Source of the DNA: Thermofilum adornatum
Lineage (GTDB): Archaea; Thermoproteota; Thermoprotei; Thermofilales; Thermofilaceae
Length of the DNA stretch: 32,000 bases
Assembly (NCBI RefSeq): GCF_000446015.1
Contig: NC_022093.1
Coordinates: 1,560,001 to 1,592,000, forward strand
Direction of reading: 5' to 3'
Position numbers and translations under genes: made by a program. Within the stretch, counting starts at the first letter, position 1. Every line of letters starts with the position of its first letter. Positions 8,125 to 16,809 of this stretch are shown piece after piece. The notes beneath the pieces are model-generated. The model saw only the letters and a program-made list of their open reading frames with translations. It did no database searches and was not told where the DNA came from.

Positions 8125-8979
8125 CTATTTTTGCTCCCTGACTCGACGTTTCTCAGCCAACCAGCCGATATAGCCAGCTATAAGACTGACTAGGAGGGCC
8201 AAGGCAAAGTATAGGGGCTTTGGCTCCGCAGTATAGGATATGACTTTTCCCGAGGGTGTGTCTACCAAGGATGCCCTCGCCTCTACAAGGCCAAATAAGT
8301 CTACTGTCATTGTTCCCTTGTCTTGCAGGATTTCCTTAGCCCTGTCGGCCCGCTGCAGGCTGAACTGGGCTGCGAACATGAGGATCGGCAACACGATGGT
8401 TAGCATTAGGAAGAGAGCTAGTCCTGCTGGTGCCAGTGCTCTTATCTTGCGGGCTCGGCTCATATCTGGACATTTTCCCCTATAGACTATTGCAGCGCCC
8501 TCGTCCCTGATTAACGTATCCCTAGAAGTAGTCAAAGAGAAGAGAACAAGAACTATGTCCCCGCTAGAGCCCACAAAGTTGATTATGCTAGCTTGTATCA
8601 ATGTGTCTCTGAATATTCCACCCGAGAGATATGCTAGGAGCAATGTTATGGGGGAAATTATTAGCGGTGCCAATGCAACTATTACCCATTTGTCTCTTGG
8701 CAGGGGATCCTCTACAGCCACGTATGCACCGTACTTGAATATTCCGGCCTTTATCTTCTTTGCGCCGAGGATCTTCGCAATGACTGCATGTGTCCCCTCG
8801 TGTACAACAACTGTTAGAACTACCGCTAGAACCAATGGGACAAAAGGATAGTTTATAGACTGTAGGGAAGACATACCTGTGAGTGACAACAGGTATAGCC
8901 AGCCAACCCCCATGAAAACAGAGAGTCCTAGGACTGCTCCGAGGTATTCTAAAACGTTGATCCTACACTCAGCAGACAT
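8125..8979 (-). CDS. Polytopic membrane protein with HExxH motif (putative zincin-like peptidase, DUF3267-like)
   Basis: VVHEGTHAVIAKILGAKKIKAGIFKYGAYVAVEDPLPRDKWVIVALAPLIISP contains HExxH inside a TM-flanked segment and resembles DUF3267. An extra C-terminal roughly 110 aa carries two more TM segments. Confidence 0.6.
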   Translation of the reverse strand: MSAECRINVLEYLGAVLGLSVFMGVGWLYLLSLTGMSSLQSINYPFVPLVLAVVLTVVVHEGTHAVIAKILGAKKIKAGIFKYGAYVAVEDPLPRDKWVIVALAPLIISPITLLLAYLSGGIFRDTLIQASIINFVGSSGDIVLVLFSLTTSRDTLIRDEGAAIVYRGKCPDMSRARKIRALAPAGLALFLMLTIVLPILMFAAQFSLQRADRAKEILQDKGTMTVDLFGLVEARASLVDTPSGKVISYTAEPKPLYFALALLVSLIAGYIGWLAEKRRVREQK

Positions 8980-9042
8980 AGACTTGTGCAGAAGGAAGAG
9001 GTATAAAATATAAAGATTTCCTGTGACGGCTTAAAGAATTTT

Positions 9043-9654
9043 CTATGGTCCCAGAGGGAAGAGTACAATTGTTTCTAACAGCCAAGCCACGTGGCAAATC
9101 ATCGAAGCTGACAGGCCCAGTTTTTTAGCTGTGATGGCCATGTAGATGCCTATCGTAAGGGCTCCCAGTAGAAGTGATATGTTGAGGGTCCATATGTGGA
9201 CAAGGGTGTAGTACGATATGCTGAGCATATAGGCATGTATCCTCTTAAGCCTTTCTTCTAAGACTGCTAATTGGCCGCCCCTCCAGTATAGCTCCTCCAT
9301 TGCCCCTATTATTGTTAGGAAAAATGGCAGAAGCGTGGCGTCGCTAGACAAATAGATGCTTGTATAAACGTTTGAGACAGAGTGTTGTAGGTTTAAGGCT
9401 GTAAGGAAGATTTTTCCAAAGACAAATATACCGTAGAGGGGGAACGAGAGAATTAGTCCTGCCAGGGCACTCTTCCACGTGGGTCTCAGATTCCTGTGTA
9501 CTTTTTCCCTGTAGAATAGGAGAGTTAAGGTTCCCAGGAGAAGAGTAGCGAGAAGCATTGCTGTTATGAAGACTTCACGTAAAACTACGAAGACAAGTGG
9601 CCAGAGGAATATAGGTAGAGAAAGATACAATAGTTCAGTATAGCGCTTAAACAT
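9043..9654 (-). CDS. CPBP-family intramembrane glutamic endopeptidase (CAAX protease/Abi-like)
   Basis: About six TM segments. Motifs are MEELYWRG (EExxxR), YYTLVH and CHVAWLL, in the order expected for CPBP proteins. Confidence 0.8.
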   Translation of the reverse strand: MFKRYTELLYLSLPIFLWPLVFVVLREVFITAMLLATLLLGTLTLLFYREKVHRNLRPTWKSALAGLILSFPLYGIFVFGKIFLTALNLQHSVSNVYTSIYLSSDATLLPFFLTIIGAMEELYWRGGQLAVLEERLKRIHAYMLSISYYTLVHIWTLNISLLLGALTIGIYMAITAKKLGLSASMICHVAWLLETIVLFPLGP

Positions 9655-9667
9655 GTTTTCTACCTTG

Positions 9668-10066
9668 CTATCCGCCCATCTTTGTAGCTATCATCGAGAT
9701 AATCCTGCTTGCATATTCTTTCTTGTCTATTACCGCCCTCTCATGGACAGCATAGCCTATAAGCGTTTCTCCGCACCACGCCTCCAGCCACAAGACCACT
9801 CTTTTCCCGGTGTCACGCAGGACCCTGCCACGTATCTCGACCTGCGAGCCGAGTAGGGCTGGGGCAACGTGGTAGACATCGATGTGTACTCCTACGGTGG
9901 TCTGGCTCTCGGGTAGCTTGCCGTCGAGAAATATCCTGCTAGCCTCCTCCATGAATGCTATCATGCTTGGCGTAGAAAGTATTCCTGTCCCCTCTAGGGA
10001 GACATGTTTTGCAATGTGTTCGCGGGAAACTGTATATAACCTGCTAAAGGTTTCTCCTTGGCTCAT
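9668..10066 (-). CDS. Hotdog-fold thioesterase (FlK/4HBT-like)
   Basis: 132 aa. ILSTPSMIAFMEEASRIFL followed by GVHIDVYHVAPALLGSQVEIRGRV is the typical hotdog thioesterase pattern. It ends 13 nt upstream of the CPBP gene, so the two are likely co-transcribed. Confidence 0.7.
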   Translation of the reverse strand: MSQGETFSRLYTVSREHIAKHVSLEGTGILSTPSMIAFMEEASRIFLDGKLPESQTTVGVHIDVYHVAPALLGSQVEIRGRVLRDTGKRVVLWLEAWCGETLIGYAVHERAVIDKKEYASRIISMIATKMGG

Positions 10067-10150
10067 ACACTTCTAGAGTGTGCCAAAAATATTTAGGGTT
10101 TTCCTCTCTCCATCCAAACATATTTTTAGTAGATGACATACAAGTAACCC

Positions 10151-11083
10151 GTGGATACTGTCATCCTGGCGCATGGGGACGCTGATGGCGTAACTTCTGC
10201 CGCTATAGCGAAGAGCATCTATAGGGATGCAGAGGTCTACTTCACACATCCCGTCGGTCTGCTCGGAGACCTGAGGGAGTTCGCCCTCGGCAAAGAGCTC
10301 GTAATAATCCAGGACATAGCTATCGACGAGCGGAACCTAGAAGAGTTGCTACAGCTATTAGGCTCCATTGATTCCAGGATAATCTATATTGATCACCACC
10401 CAGACAATGGTGCGGTGGACAGGCTTAAAAGCACAGGAGTGACAGTTGTACACGAGGAGGGGGCTTCTGCGGCGGAGCTGTCCTATAGGTTTCTTAATCC
10501 TCCACGTGAAATGAGCAGGGTAGCAGTCTACGGCGCGATAGGCGACCACATGATGTCTACCCCATGGTACCTTGAAATGCTCGAAACCTGGGACGTCAAG
10601 ACACTCTTCTTCGAAGCTGGTACACTTGTTTTGGCTCTAGAGGCAATAGGGAGAAACTACGAAGAGAAAAGAAAACTTGTCCAGTATCTAGCAGAAAACA
10701 AGCTCCCATCACAAGACCCACAACTAGTTGAAAAGGCAGCCCTACAGAGCAGGCTAAACGAGGAGCTTAGGCTACGCGTAGCGAAAGAGGCCATCGTCCT
10801 GGGAAACGTTGCTTACATAATAGACCCTGGGGGAAGCCTCGGCACAGCTGCTTTCTATGCAAGGGTCGAGAAAAACGTGAAGGTCGGCGTCGCAGTAGAA
10901 AAGAGGAAAGACCTCTGCGTCATGAGCCTTAGGTCAACAAGCCAGGTAGACCTCAACACTTTGCTCAGAAAAATAGCTGTAGAGCTTGGAGGCCACGGCG
11001 GAGGACACCGACAAGCGGCCGGTGCAAGGATACCGTGCTCCAACCTTGGAAGCTTCCTAGAGAAGCTAGCCAAACATGTCTAA
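10151..11083 (+). CDS. DHH/DHHA1-family phosphoesterase (NrnA/RecJ-like core)
   Basis: GTG start. Motifs are ILAHGDADGV (DxD), IYIDHHP (DHH) and GGHGGGHRQAAGA (DHHA1 GGGH). Confidence 0.85.
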   Translation: MDTVILAHGDADGVTSAAIAKSIYRDAEVYFTHPVGLLGDLREFALGKELVIIQDIAIDERNLEELLQLLGSIDSRIIYIDHHPDNGAVDRLKSTGVTVVHEEGASAAELSYRFLNPPREMSRVAVYGAIGDHMMSTPWYLEMLETWDVKTLFFEAGTLVLALEAIGRNYEEKRKLVQYLAENKLPSQDPQLVEKAALQSRLNEELRLRVAKEAIVLGNVAYIIDPGGSLGTAAFYARVEKNVKVGVAVEKRKDLCVMSLRSTSQVDLNTLLRKIAVELGGHGGGHRQAAGARIPCSNLGSFLEKLAKHV

Positions 11084-11662
11084 TTAGTATCTAAGTGACG
11101 TCAGTCAAGATAATTATAGCGGGCGAACACGAGAACTGAGAATAATAATGCTTCGACTATTGTTGTTTATGTTATTCTTTTTATGAGGTTCAGCAAGTTA
11201 TTTATCTGGTAATGATCATTGTGAAAAAGAATAAAGTTACTATGAAAAAGATAGATAAAAGGGGAAGAGATGCAGACCTAACTAAATACTTTGACAGCGT
11301 AGAGGTTGAGGTGACAAATTTTGAGGATTATCACGAGCTGAGAAGTGAGCTCCGTGAGGTATGGACACGAATGTGTTTCTCTATGGAGTTCTAAAAACCA
11401 AGAAGAAGACATACGGATAGAGAACGGGAAGTAGAAGAAAAAATAGAAGGATGATAGCTAGAGTAAACAAAGGCAAGAGTTGGAAAGATTCAGTTGCTTG
11501 CTCACCAAGGCTTTATGGTTTTCGACGCCAATACGTTTATCCTAGACATTTAAATGTGGAAAAGCTTTTTCGGGGGACGCATGGCGGCAAGATAGGTTAC
11601 AGTCTTCATACTCCTTTTTGGAACCGGAATAAATTTAAACTGGTTCAATTTTAAACCGGTAT

Positions 11663-12058
11663 ATGCTCGATGAAGAGTTCGAAGTGCTCTACGAGGTACT
11701 CTTATATCCAAGCATCAATGTAAATAAGCTTTATCAGAGCCTAAGCGGGAAAATCTCGAAGGTAAAGCTCATATCGCTTATCAAGAGGCTAAGCGACCTT
11801 GGCCTCATTAGGACTGTGAGGGACCCCAGGCACAAACAGAGGATCATGCTTTTTCTCAGGGAAGACATCCAGGCCCTTGCACAGAGATTCCTTATAGAAC
11901 CAATCAATGATAAGGGCCGGGACGTGGTCAAGGAAGCGGAAAGGCTTATCAGGAGCTACATGGAGGTTGCCTCCAGTGTACGGGACCCCGTCGCAAAAGA
12001 GTTTCTGAAAAAACTGGTAACAGTAGAGGTAGACAGGTTGCTTTCGCTTGTCATGTAG
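11663..12058 (+). CDS. Winged-helix transcriptional regulator (MarR/ArsR-like)
   Basis: 131 aa. INVNKLYQSLSGKISKVKLISLIKRLSDLGLIRTVRDPRHKQRIMLFL has the helix-turn-helix plus wing pattern. A TATA-like box lies about 29 nt upstream of the ATG. Confidence 0.65.
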   Translation: MLDEEFEVLYEVLLYPSINVNKLYQSLSGKISKVKLISLIKRLSDLGLIRTVRDPRHKQRIMLFLREDIQALAQRFLIEPINDKGRDVVKEAERLIRSYMEVASSVRDPVAKEFLKKLVTVEVDRLLSLVM

Positions 12059-12068
12059 GTGTCCCGCT

Positions 12069-12869
12069 ATGCCCATGTTATTGAAGTGTGCCCTGCTTGT
12101 CTCTAGGCCAAGGGGGTGGAGGGCTTACCTCTGGATGGGGTTGCTAGGAATTCTCCAGGGCAAGCCCGAGCCCCAAATAGCTTTGGTGGGGCTGTATTCG
12201 CTTGTGTCTTTCCTTGCCACCGCCTTCGCTGTGAACAACTATTTCGACGTGGGGTCGGACATGCTTAACCCGAAAAAGTACAACCCGTTTATTGGGCACT
12301 GCGACAGGAGGGCTCTCTATGTTGTCCTACTTAACCAGGCTGTTGCCCTAGCCTTGGTAGCCTTGTTGACCCCTCTTTCCAGCTTCCTAGTTTATCTCTC
12401 CACTGTTGTTCTAGGTGTGGCTTATAGTTCTCCGCCTTTTAGGCTAAAGGCAAGAACCGGGCTAGAGCTGGTATCCCACATGCTGTATTTCGGGATACTC
12501 CTATTTTTGTTTGGCGCGTTGCTTTCTCATGTTCAGTTTAGCCAGCAAACCGTTGCAATAGCCCTAGTTATAGGTGTTTACTCTGCGTTTTTGCAGTTGC
12601 GCAACCTGAGGGACGACAGGGAGTTCGACGGGCTAATTGGAGACAAGACGCTCTTTGTAAGGTACCCAAATTTTTCGGCTCTGCTCCTCTATTCTACAGC
12701 GGCTTTGTCCCTTCTTGGTTCAGTATATGTTTTGCCCGTAAGCCTTGCTGTGGCCCTACCTGTTGCTGTAATCTTTGGCTGGAAGTATGGCTGGGAGAGG
12801 CTTGTCGATTCCTTTGTCGCTGTCTCGCTCAGCCTTCAAGTGGTGGCTAGGCTATGCACGTGCTTCTAG
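12069..12869 (+). CDS. UbiA-superfamily prenyltransferase with a variant first Asp-rich motif
   Basis: Polytopic. The first motif is NNYFDVGSDMLN where NDxxDxxxD is expected. The second motif is RNLRDDREFDGLIGDKTL. The ORF opens at TTG 12048 and I prefer ATG 12069, so the start is uncertain. Confidence 0.7.
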   Translation: MPMLLKCALLVSRPRGWRAYLWMGLLGILQGKPEPQIALVGLYSLVSFLATAFAVNNYFDVGSDMLNPKKYNPFIGHCDRRALYVVLLNQAVALALVALLTPLSSFLVYLSTVVLGVAYSSPPFRLKARTGLELVSHMLYFGILLFLFGALLSHVQFSQQTVAIALVIGVYSAFLQLRNLRDDREFDGLIGDKTLFVRYPNFSALLLYSTAALSLLGSVYVLPVSLAVALPVAVIFGWKYGWERLVDSFVAVSLSLQVVARLCTCF

Positions 12870-13945
12870 TGTCTGAGTGGGGCCCATGTAGGCATGGAGG
12901 CGTGGCTTCCCAGGTTTCCCTCCTCGAAAACTGGCTCAAGCAGAGGAGCTACCAGGTAAGCGTGCTATGCAACCATGGCTGCTGCAAGGGTTCTGGCCAT
13001 GTAGAGGCTTCAAGCCTCCTGCCACTAGACCATTACTTCGCGATTCCTTCGCCCAGCTTTATCGAAGAAACAGTACGGAGGCTTAAGCCCGACGTTATCC
13101 ATGTCCACCACGTCTTCACGCCGCTCTCTCTTGCAACTGGGGCCATCTGCAAGAGGCTCGAGGTTCCATGCATATTCACTAACCACTCCCTCCCACCTGT
13201 AGGCTCGCCTGACAAGTGGGCACCTCTCTCTTACGTCTCTCTGTATAGGTGGATCCTGAAACCAACCATTGCGACTGCTGTGAGCAATGCGGCGGCAGAT
13301 TTCTTAAAGAGATTTCTCGGGTGGAGAAACGTAAAAGTGATACCTAATGCTGTTGACTGCGAGAAGTACAGGCCAGGCGACAGGAAAAGGGAAAACATTG
13401 TGTTGTATGTGGGTAGGCTCGTTTGGCGAAAAGGGGTACATGTGCTGGTAGAGGCATCAAGCATACTAAGCGAGACGAGTAGAGACACCAAAATTATCAT
13501 TGCCGGCGACGGCTACATGAAGCCCTACCTTCAAGCAATAGCACCCAATGACGAAAGGGTTCTTTTCCTTGGCGAGGTAGATGAACAAAGAAAAATCAAG
13601 CTATACCAGGAGTCGAAGGTCTTCGTGTTGCCTAGCCTTGGAGGCGAAAGCTTTGGCGTGGTGCTAATAGAGTCATTTGCCTCCGGGACACCGGTCGTAG
13701 CCTCTAGAGTGGGAGGCATACCAGAAATCGTCGACCACTATGTCAACGGCTTACTGACCAGACCCGGGGATGCAAGAGACCTTGCAAAAGCAATAAAGCT
13801 TCTCCTAGACGACGAGGAGCTGTGGAGCCGCCTCTCGTATAATGCGAGGAAAAAAGCCGAAGAAAAATACTCGATAAGAAATATTGGAAGAATGTATGAA
13901 GAAACATATATCGAGACTCTGGAGAAAAATAAGGTTCAGAACTAA
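12854..13945 (+). CDS. GT-B glycosyltransferase, family 4-like
   Basis: MHVLLVSEWGPCRHGGVASQV is a GT4 N-terminus. ESFGVVLIESFASGTPVVASRVGGIPEIV is the EX7E block. It overlaps the UbiA gene by 16 nt. Confidence 0.9.
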   Translation: MHVLLVSEWGPCRHGGVASQVSLLENWLKQRSYQVSVLCNHGCCKGSGHVEASSLLPLDHYFAIPSPSFIEETVRRLKPDVIHVHHVFTPLSLATGAICKRLEVPCIFTNHSLPPVGSPDKWAPLSYVSLYRWILKPTIATAVSNAAADFLKRFLGWRNVKVIPNAVDCEKYRPGDRKRENIVLYVGRLVWRKGVHVLVEASSILSETSRDTKIIIAGDGYMKPYLQAIAPNDERVLFLGEVDEQRKIKLYQESKVFVLPSLGGESFGVVLIESFASGTPVVASRVGGIPEIVDHYVNGLLTRPGDARDLAKAIKLLLDDEELWSRLSYNARKKAEEKYSIRNIGRMYEETYIETLEKNKVQN

Positions 13946-13980
13946 TATTGATGTCTTTCCAGAATTCTCAATGTTTGACA

Positions 13981-14003
13981 TTTATTATTTTTTATTATTT
14001 TTA
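13981..14003 (+). terminator. Oligo-T tract downstream of the GT4 gene
   Basis: tttattattttttattattttta lies about 35 nt after the stop at 13945. Archaeal termination typically uses T-runs. It overlaps the 3' end of the convergent TrmB gene. Confidence 0.35.
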
Positions 14004-14720
14004 AATCGACTCTGCCATTCCTGGATTCTCGGCGTTTTTCCATATTCTCATAAAGTATTCAGTAGCAGCGCTTGCAATTTCTCTGTCAAGCACGAGTACG
14101 CCGCTCGTTTTTTCATGTAAGCTAAGCAATGAGAAGTGGAGTATAAGCTTCGAGCTGTCAGCAATGATAATATCTAAGGGGGAGTTGAGTTGGGCTTTTC
14201 TCCATTCCCCGTAGCGCGGAGCCTGCATATCTATGTCTATGACTCCTTTTATTTTCCCCTTGGAGACCAGGCTTTTTATATTCTCAAATAGCCTCTCAGA
14301 GGATATGACCATGTATACTTCGCTTGAGTCGGCTAAAAGGTTTCGTATAGCCTTTATGAGAGCTGTGAAATTTCTAATAACATAGATTCCCGTCGCTACA
14401 GATCCAGCTTTTTCGAGAGTCTTTAGTTTCTCTTCGGCCTCTTTAAGCCTTTCCTCTATCTTTCTTTTCTCTATTGCAATGGCTTCTTCGACCTTCTTTG
14501 GAGCATAAACTAAAGGGGACCGTGAAACCACCATTGCCCACCCTCGGGCTTCTAGCTTTTTTAGAGCATCGTAGACCTTTGTGTATGGGATATTAGTTGC
14601 ACTGCTTATTTCTCTGGGTGTAAGTTCGCCCATAGCTAGAAGGGCAGCATAGGCCTTTGCCTCGTAGTCTGAGAAACCTAACTTCCTTAGAACCTCGACA
14701 GCATCTCTGAATTCACTCAT
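14001..14720 (-). CDS. TrmB-family transcriptional regulator
   Basis: AVEVLRKLGFSDYEAKAYAALLAMGELTPREISSATNIPYTKVYDALKKLEARGWAMVV is the canonical TrmB N-terminal wHTH, followed by a coiled-coil linker and a C-terminal domain. It is divergent from the ABC operon. Confidence 0.85.
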   Translation of the reverse strand: MSEFRDAVEVLRKLGFSDYEAKAYAALLAMGELTPREISSATNIPYTKVYDALKKLEARGWAMVVSRSPLVYAPKKVEEAIAIEKRKIEERLKEAEEKLKTLEKAGSVATGIYVIRNFTALIKAIRNLLADSSEVYMVISSERLFENIKSLVSKGKIKGVIDIDMQAPRYGEWRKAQLNSPLDIIIADSSKLILHFSLLSLHEKTSGVLVLDREIASAATEYFMRIWKNAENPGMAESI

Positions 14721-14777
14721 ATTAACTTTTTACCGTGAAAAAAGTATATAAAGATTCTGAAAATTTGATCAGAAGCG

Positions 14778-15701
14778 ATGACCATAGCAATCGAGGCTGT
14801 CAATCTCGTCAAAGTCTTTGGGGGATTTAGGGCAGTTGATGGTGTAAACCTCAAAGTAGAAGAAGGAACGATTTTTGGTCTACTCGGACCAAACGGAGCT
14901 GGCAAATCTACAACAATCAGGCTCATTCTAGGCCTTCTCAAGCCTACTTCTGGCTATGTGAAAGTCTTTGGAATAAGCGTTGAAAAGAACCGCAAAGAAG
15001 TTCTAAAGATAACAGGTTACATGCCTCAGCAATTTAGCTTGTATGAAGACTTGACAGTAGAGGAAAATATGCGTCTCTATGCATCAATGTATGGTATTAA
15101 AAGTAAAGAAGCCAACGAGAGGATACAGCAACTCATGGACGAATTTAATTTAAGAGAAATTAGGAATAGGCTTGCAGGTAAACTGAGTGGAGGGATGAAG
15201 CAGAGATTAGCGTTGGCAGTGGCCCTCATACATAATCCCAAATTACTGGTCGTAGATGAACCAACCGCGGGTGTAGATCCGCCTCTAAGAAGGTATTTCT
15301 GGGAGAAGTTTAGAGAGCTGAAACGCCGAGGAGTAACTATCCTCGTGACTACCCACTACATGGATGAGGCAGAAAACTGTGACAGGATCGCCCTAATGAG
15401 TAGGGGACGCGTAGCCGCTGAGGGTACACCTCTCCAGATCAAGAGACTTGCTTTTGGAGGAGACCTTGTAGAGTTGGTTGTAGAAGGAGACCCCCGTCCA
15501 AAGCTAATCAACCTTGATGCCCAGATTTTAGAATTTGAAAAGGACGGATCCTATAGCAGGCTAAGACTACTTGTGTCTGATGCCTCCGAGAAGCTTGTCC
15601 TTTTGACGAAGAATTTCGAAAAGGAAGGTATCAAGGTGGTTCGAGCTTACGCCGTGTATGTTAGCTTGGAAGACGCCTTCATTAGGCTCACAAGTAGGTG
15701 A
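14778..15701 (+). CDS. ABC transporter ATP-binding protein (ABC-2/DrrA-like)
   Basis: Walker A GPNGAGKST, Q-loop YMPQQ, signature LSGGMKQR, Walker B LLVVDEPT, H-loop TTHYM. Confidence 0.95.
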   Translation: MTIAIEAVNLVKVFGGFRAVDGVNLKVEEGTIFGLLGPNGAGKSTTIRLILGLLKPTSGYVKVFGISVEKNRKEVLKITGYMPQQFSLYEDLTVEENMRLYASMYGIKSKEANERIQQLMDEFNLREIRNRLAGKLSGGMKQRLALAVALIHNPKLLVVDEPTAGVDPPLRRYFWEKFRELKRRGVTILVTTHYMDEAENCDRIALMSRGRVAAEGTPLQIKRLAFGGDLVELVVEGDPRPKLINLDAQILEFEKDGSYSRLRLLVSDASEKLVLLTKNFEKEGIKVVRAYAVYVSLEDAFIRLTSR

Positions 15702-15707
15702 TTATCT

Positions 15708-16808
15708 ATGGGAGCTCTCACTGCGCTGGTTATAAAGGATGTCAAGCAGCTTCTTAGAGACCCAAGGTCTTTAACCATGATTCTCCTCATGCCTCTAGCT
15801 GTAATGGCAATGTTCGTTGCAGGTTACGGCGAAGAAAAAAGCACAATCCCTATAGTCATAGTTAACTTGGATAGGGGCACTGCCTCATGGCAACTGATTG
15901 AGGCTTTGAGGACGAGTAGTACCTTCTCTATTGTTGCTTATGCCTCATCTATTGAGGCCGGTAAAAGCCTTGTACAGAGAGGAGTAGCTTACGCTGCTGT
16001 AGTTATCCCAGAAAACTTCACATATGATGTTTCTAGGGGACGTAGCACGCGGATCATTACAATTCTCGATGCAGCCTATGCAACTGTCTCAGAGCTAGTG
16101 TGGCAGTGGACCGTTGTCTCTACGCAGAGCTTTATGAAAAAAGCGTCAGAGCTTTACGGCACCTTCTATATAGAAGTACAGGAAGAAACAGTTTATGGCC
16201 CAAAAGTTAGCGCTGTGGATAGCTTCACTTCGACAATAATGGGTATTCTCCTTCACCTCGTTCCAATGAGCCTTATAGCTGTTTCAATTAGCCGTGAGAG
16301 AGAACGTAAAACATTTGAACAACTTATTATGGCTCCCATTTCGAGCTGGCACGTTGTTTTTGGGAAGTTTCTCGCATACGCATTGGTGACAGTAGCTGAC
16401 CTAGCCGTTACCCTCGCCTTTGCTGTTTATCTTCTAGGAGTAAGAGTAAAAGGTGACCTCTTCTCGCTTCTAATAGTCTCTTTGCTTATGTTGCTCTGCT
16501 CCCTAGCCATGGGGCTACTTATTTCTGCGGCATCCCGCAACCAGCTTCAAGCATATCAGGCAGCCATTTTCGTCTTTATCCCCTCAATGCTCTTTTCTGG
16601 ATTCTTTAGGCCTGTAGAATTGCTGTCTCCGGACGTTCAACTAGTCAGCAGATTGTTGCCTCTTTACTATTTCTTCAGGGCTTTCAGGAATATCCAGCTT
16701 AGAGGATGGTCGCTTTTTGACGTATCTTGGGACTGTCTAACACTCGGATTATTCACGTTTATCTTCTTGTTAGCTGCTGTTAGAGTTTTAAGATTAAAGG
16801 TGGAATAA
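15708..16808 (+). CDS. ABC-2-type transporter permease
   Basis: One N-terminal TM, a roughly 150-aa extracytoplasmic loop, then five TM segments, which is the typical ABC-2 permease layout. GGTGA lies upstream of the ATG, 6 nt after the ATPase stop. Confidence 0.85.
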   Translation: MGALTALVIKDVKQLLRDPRSLTMILLMPLAVMAMFVAGYGEEKSTIPIVIVNLDRGTASWQLIEALRTSSTFSIVAYASSIEAGKSLVQRGVAYAAVVIPENFTYDVSRGRSTRIITILDAAYATVSELVWQWTVVSTQSFMKKASELYGTFYIEVQEETVYGPKVSAVDSFTSTIMGILLHLVPMSLIAVSISRERERKTFEQLIMAPISSWHVVFGKFLAYALVTVADLAVTLAFAVYLLGVRVKGDLFSLLIVSLLMLLCSLAMGLLISAASRNQLQAYQAAIFVFIPSMLFSGFFRPVELLSPDVQLVSRLLPLYYFFRAFRNIQLRGWSLFDVSWDCLTLGLFTFIFLLAAVRVLRLKVE

Positions 16809-16809
16809 T

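Noticed and set aside
11212-11654. Two small ORFs (60 aa and 67 aa) in the A/T-rich spacer
   Set aside because: They have no recognisable domains, and the start context is poor. The 60-aa ORF is mildly protein-like (DLTKYFDSVEVEVTNFEDYHELRSELREVW), but I cannot support it without homologues or expression data.
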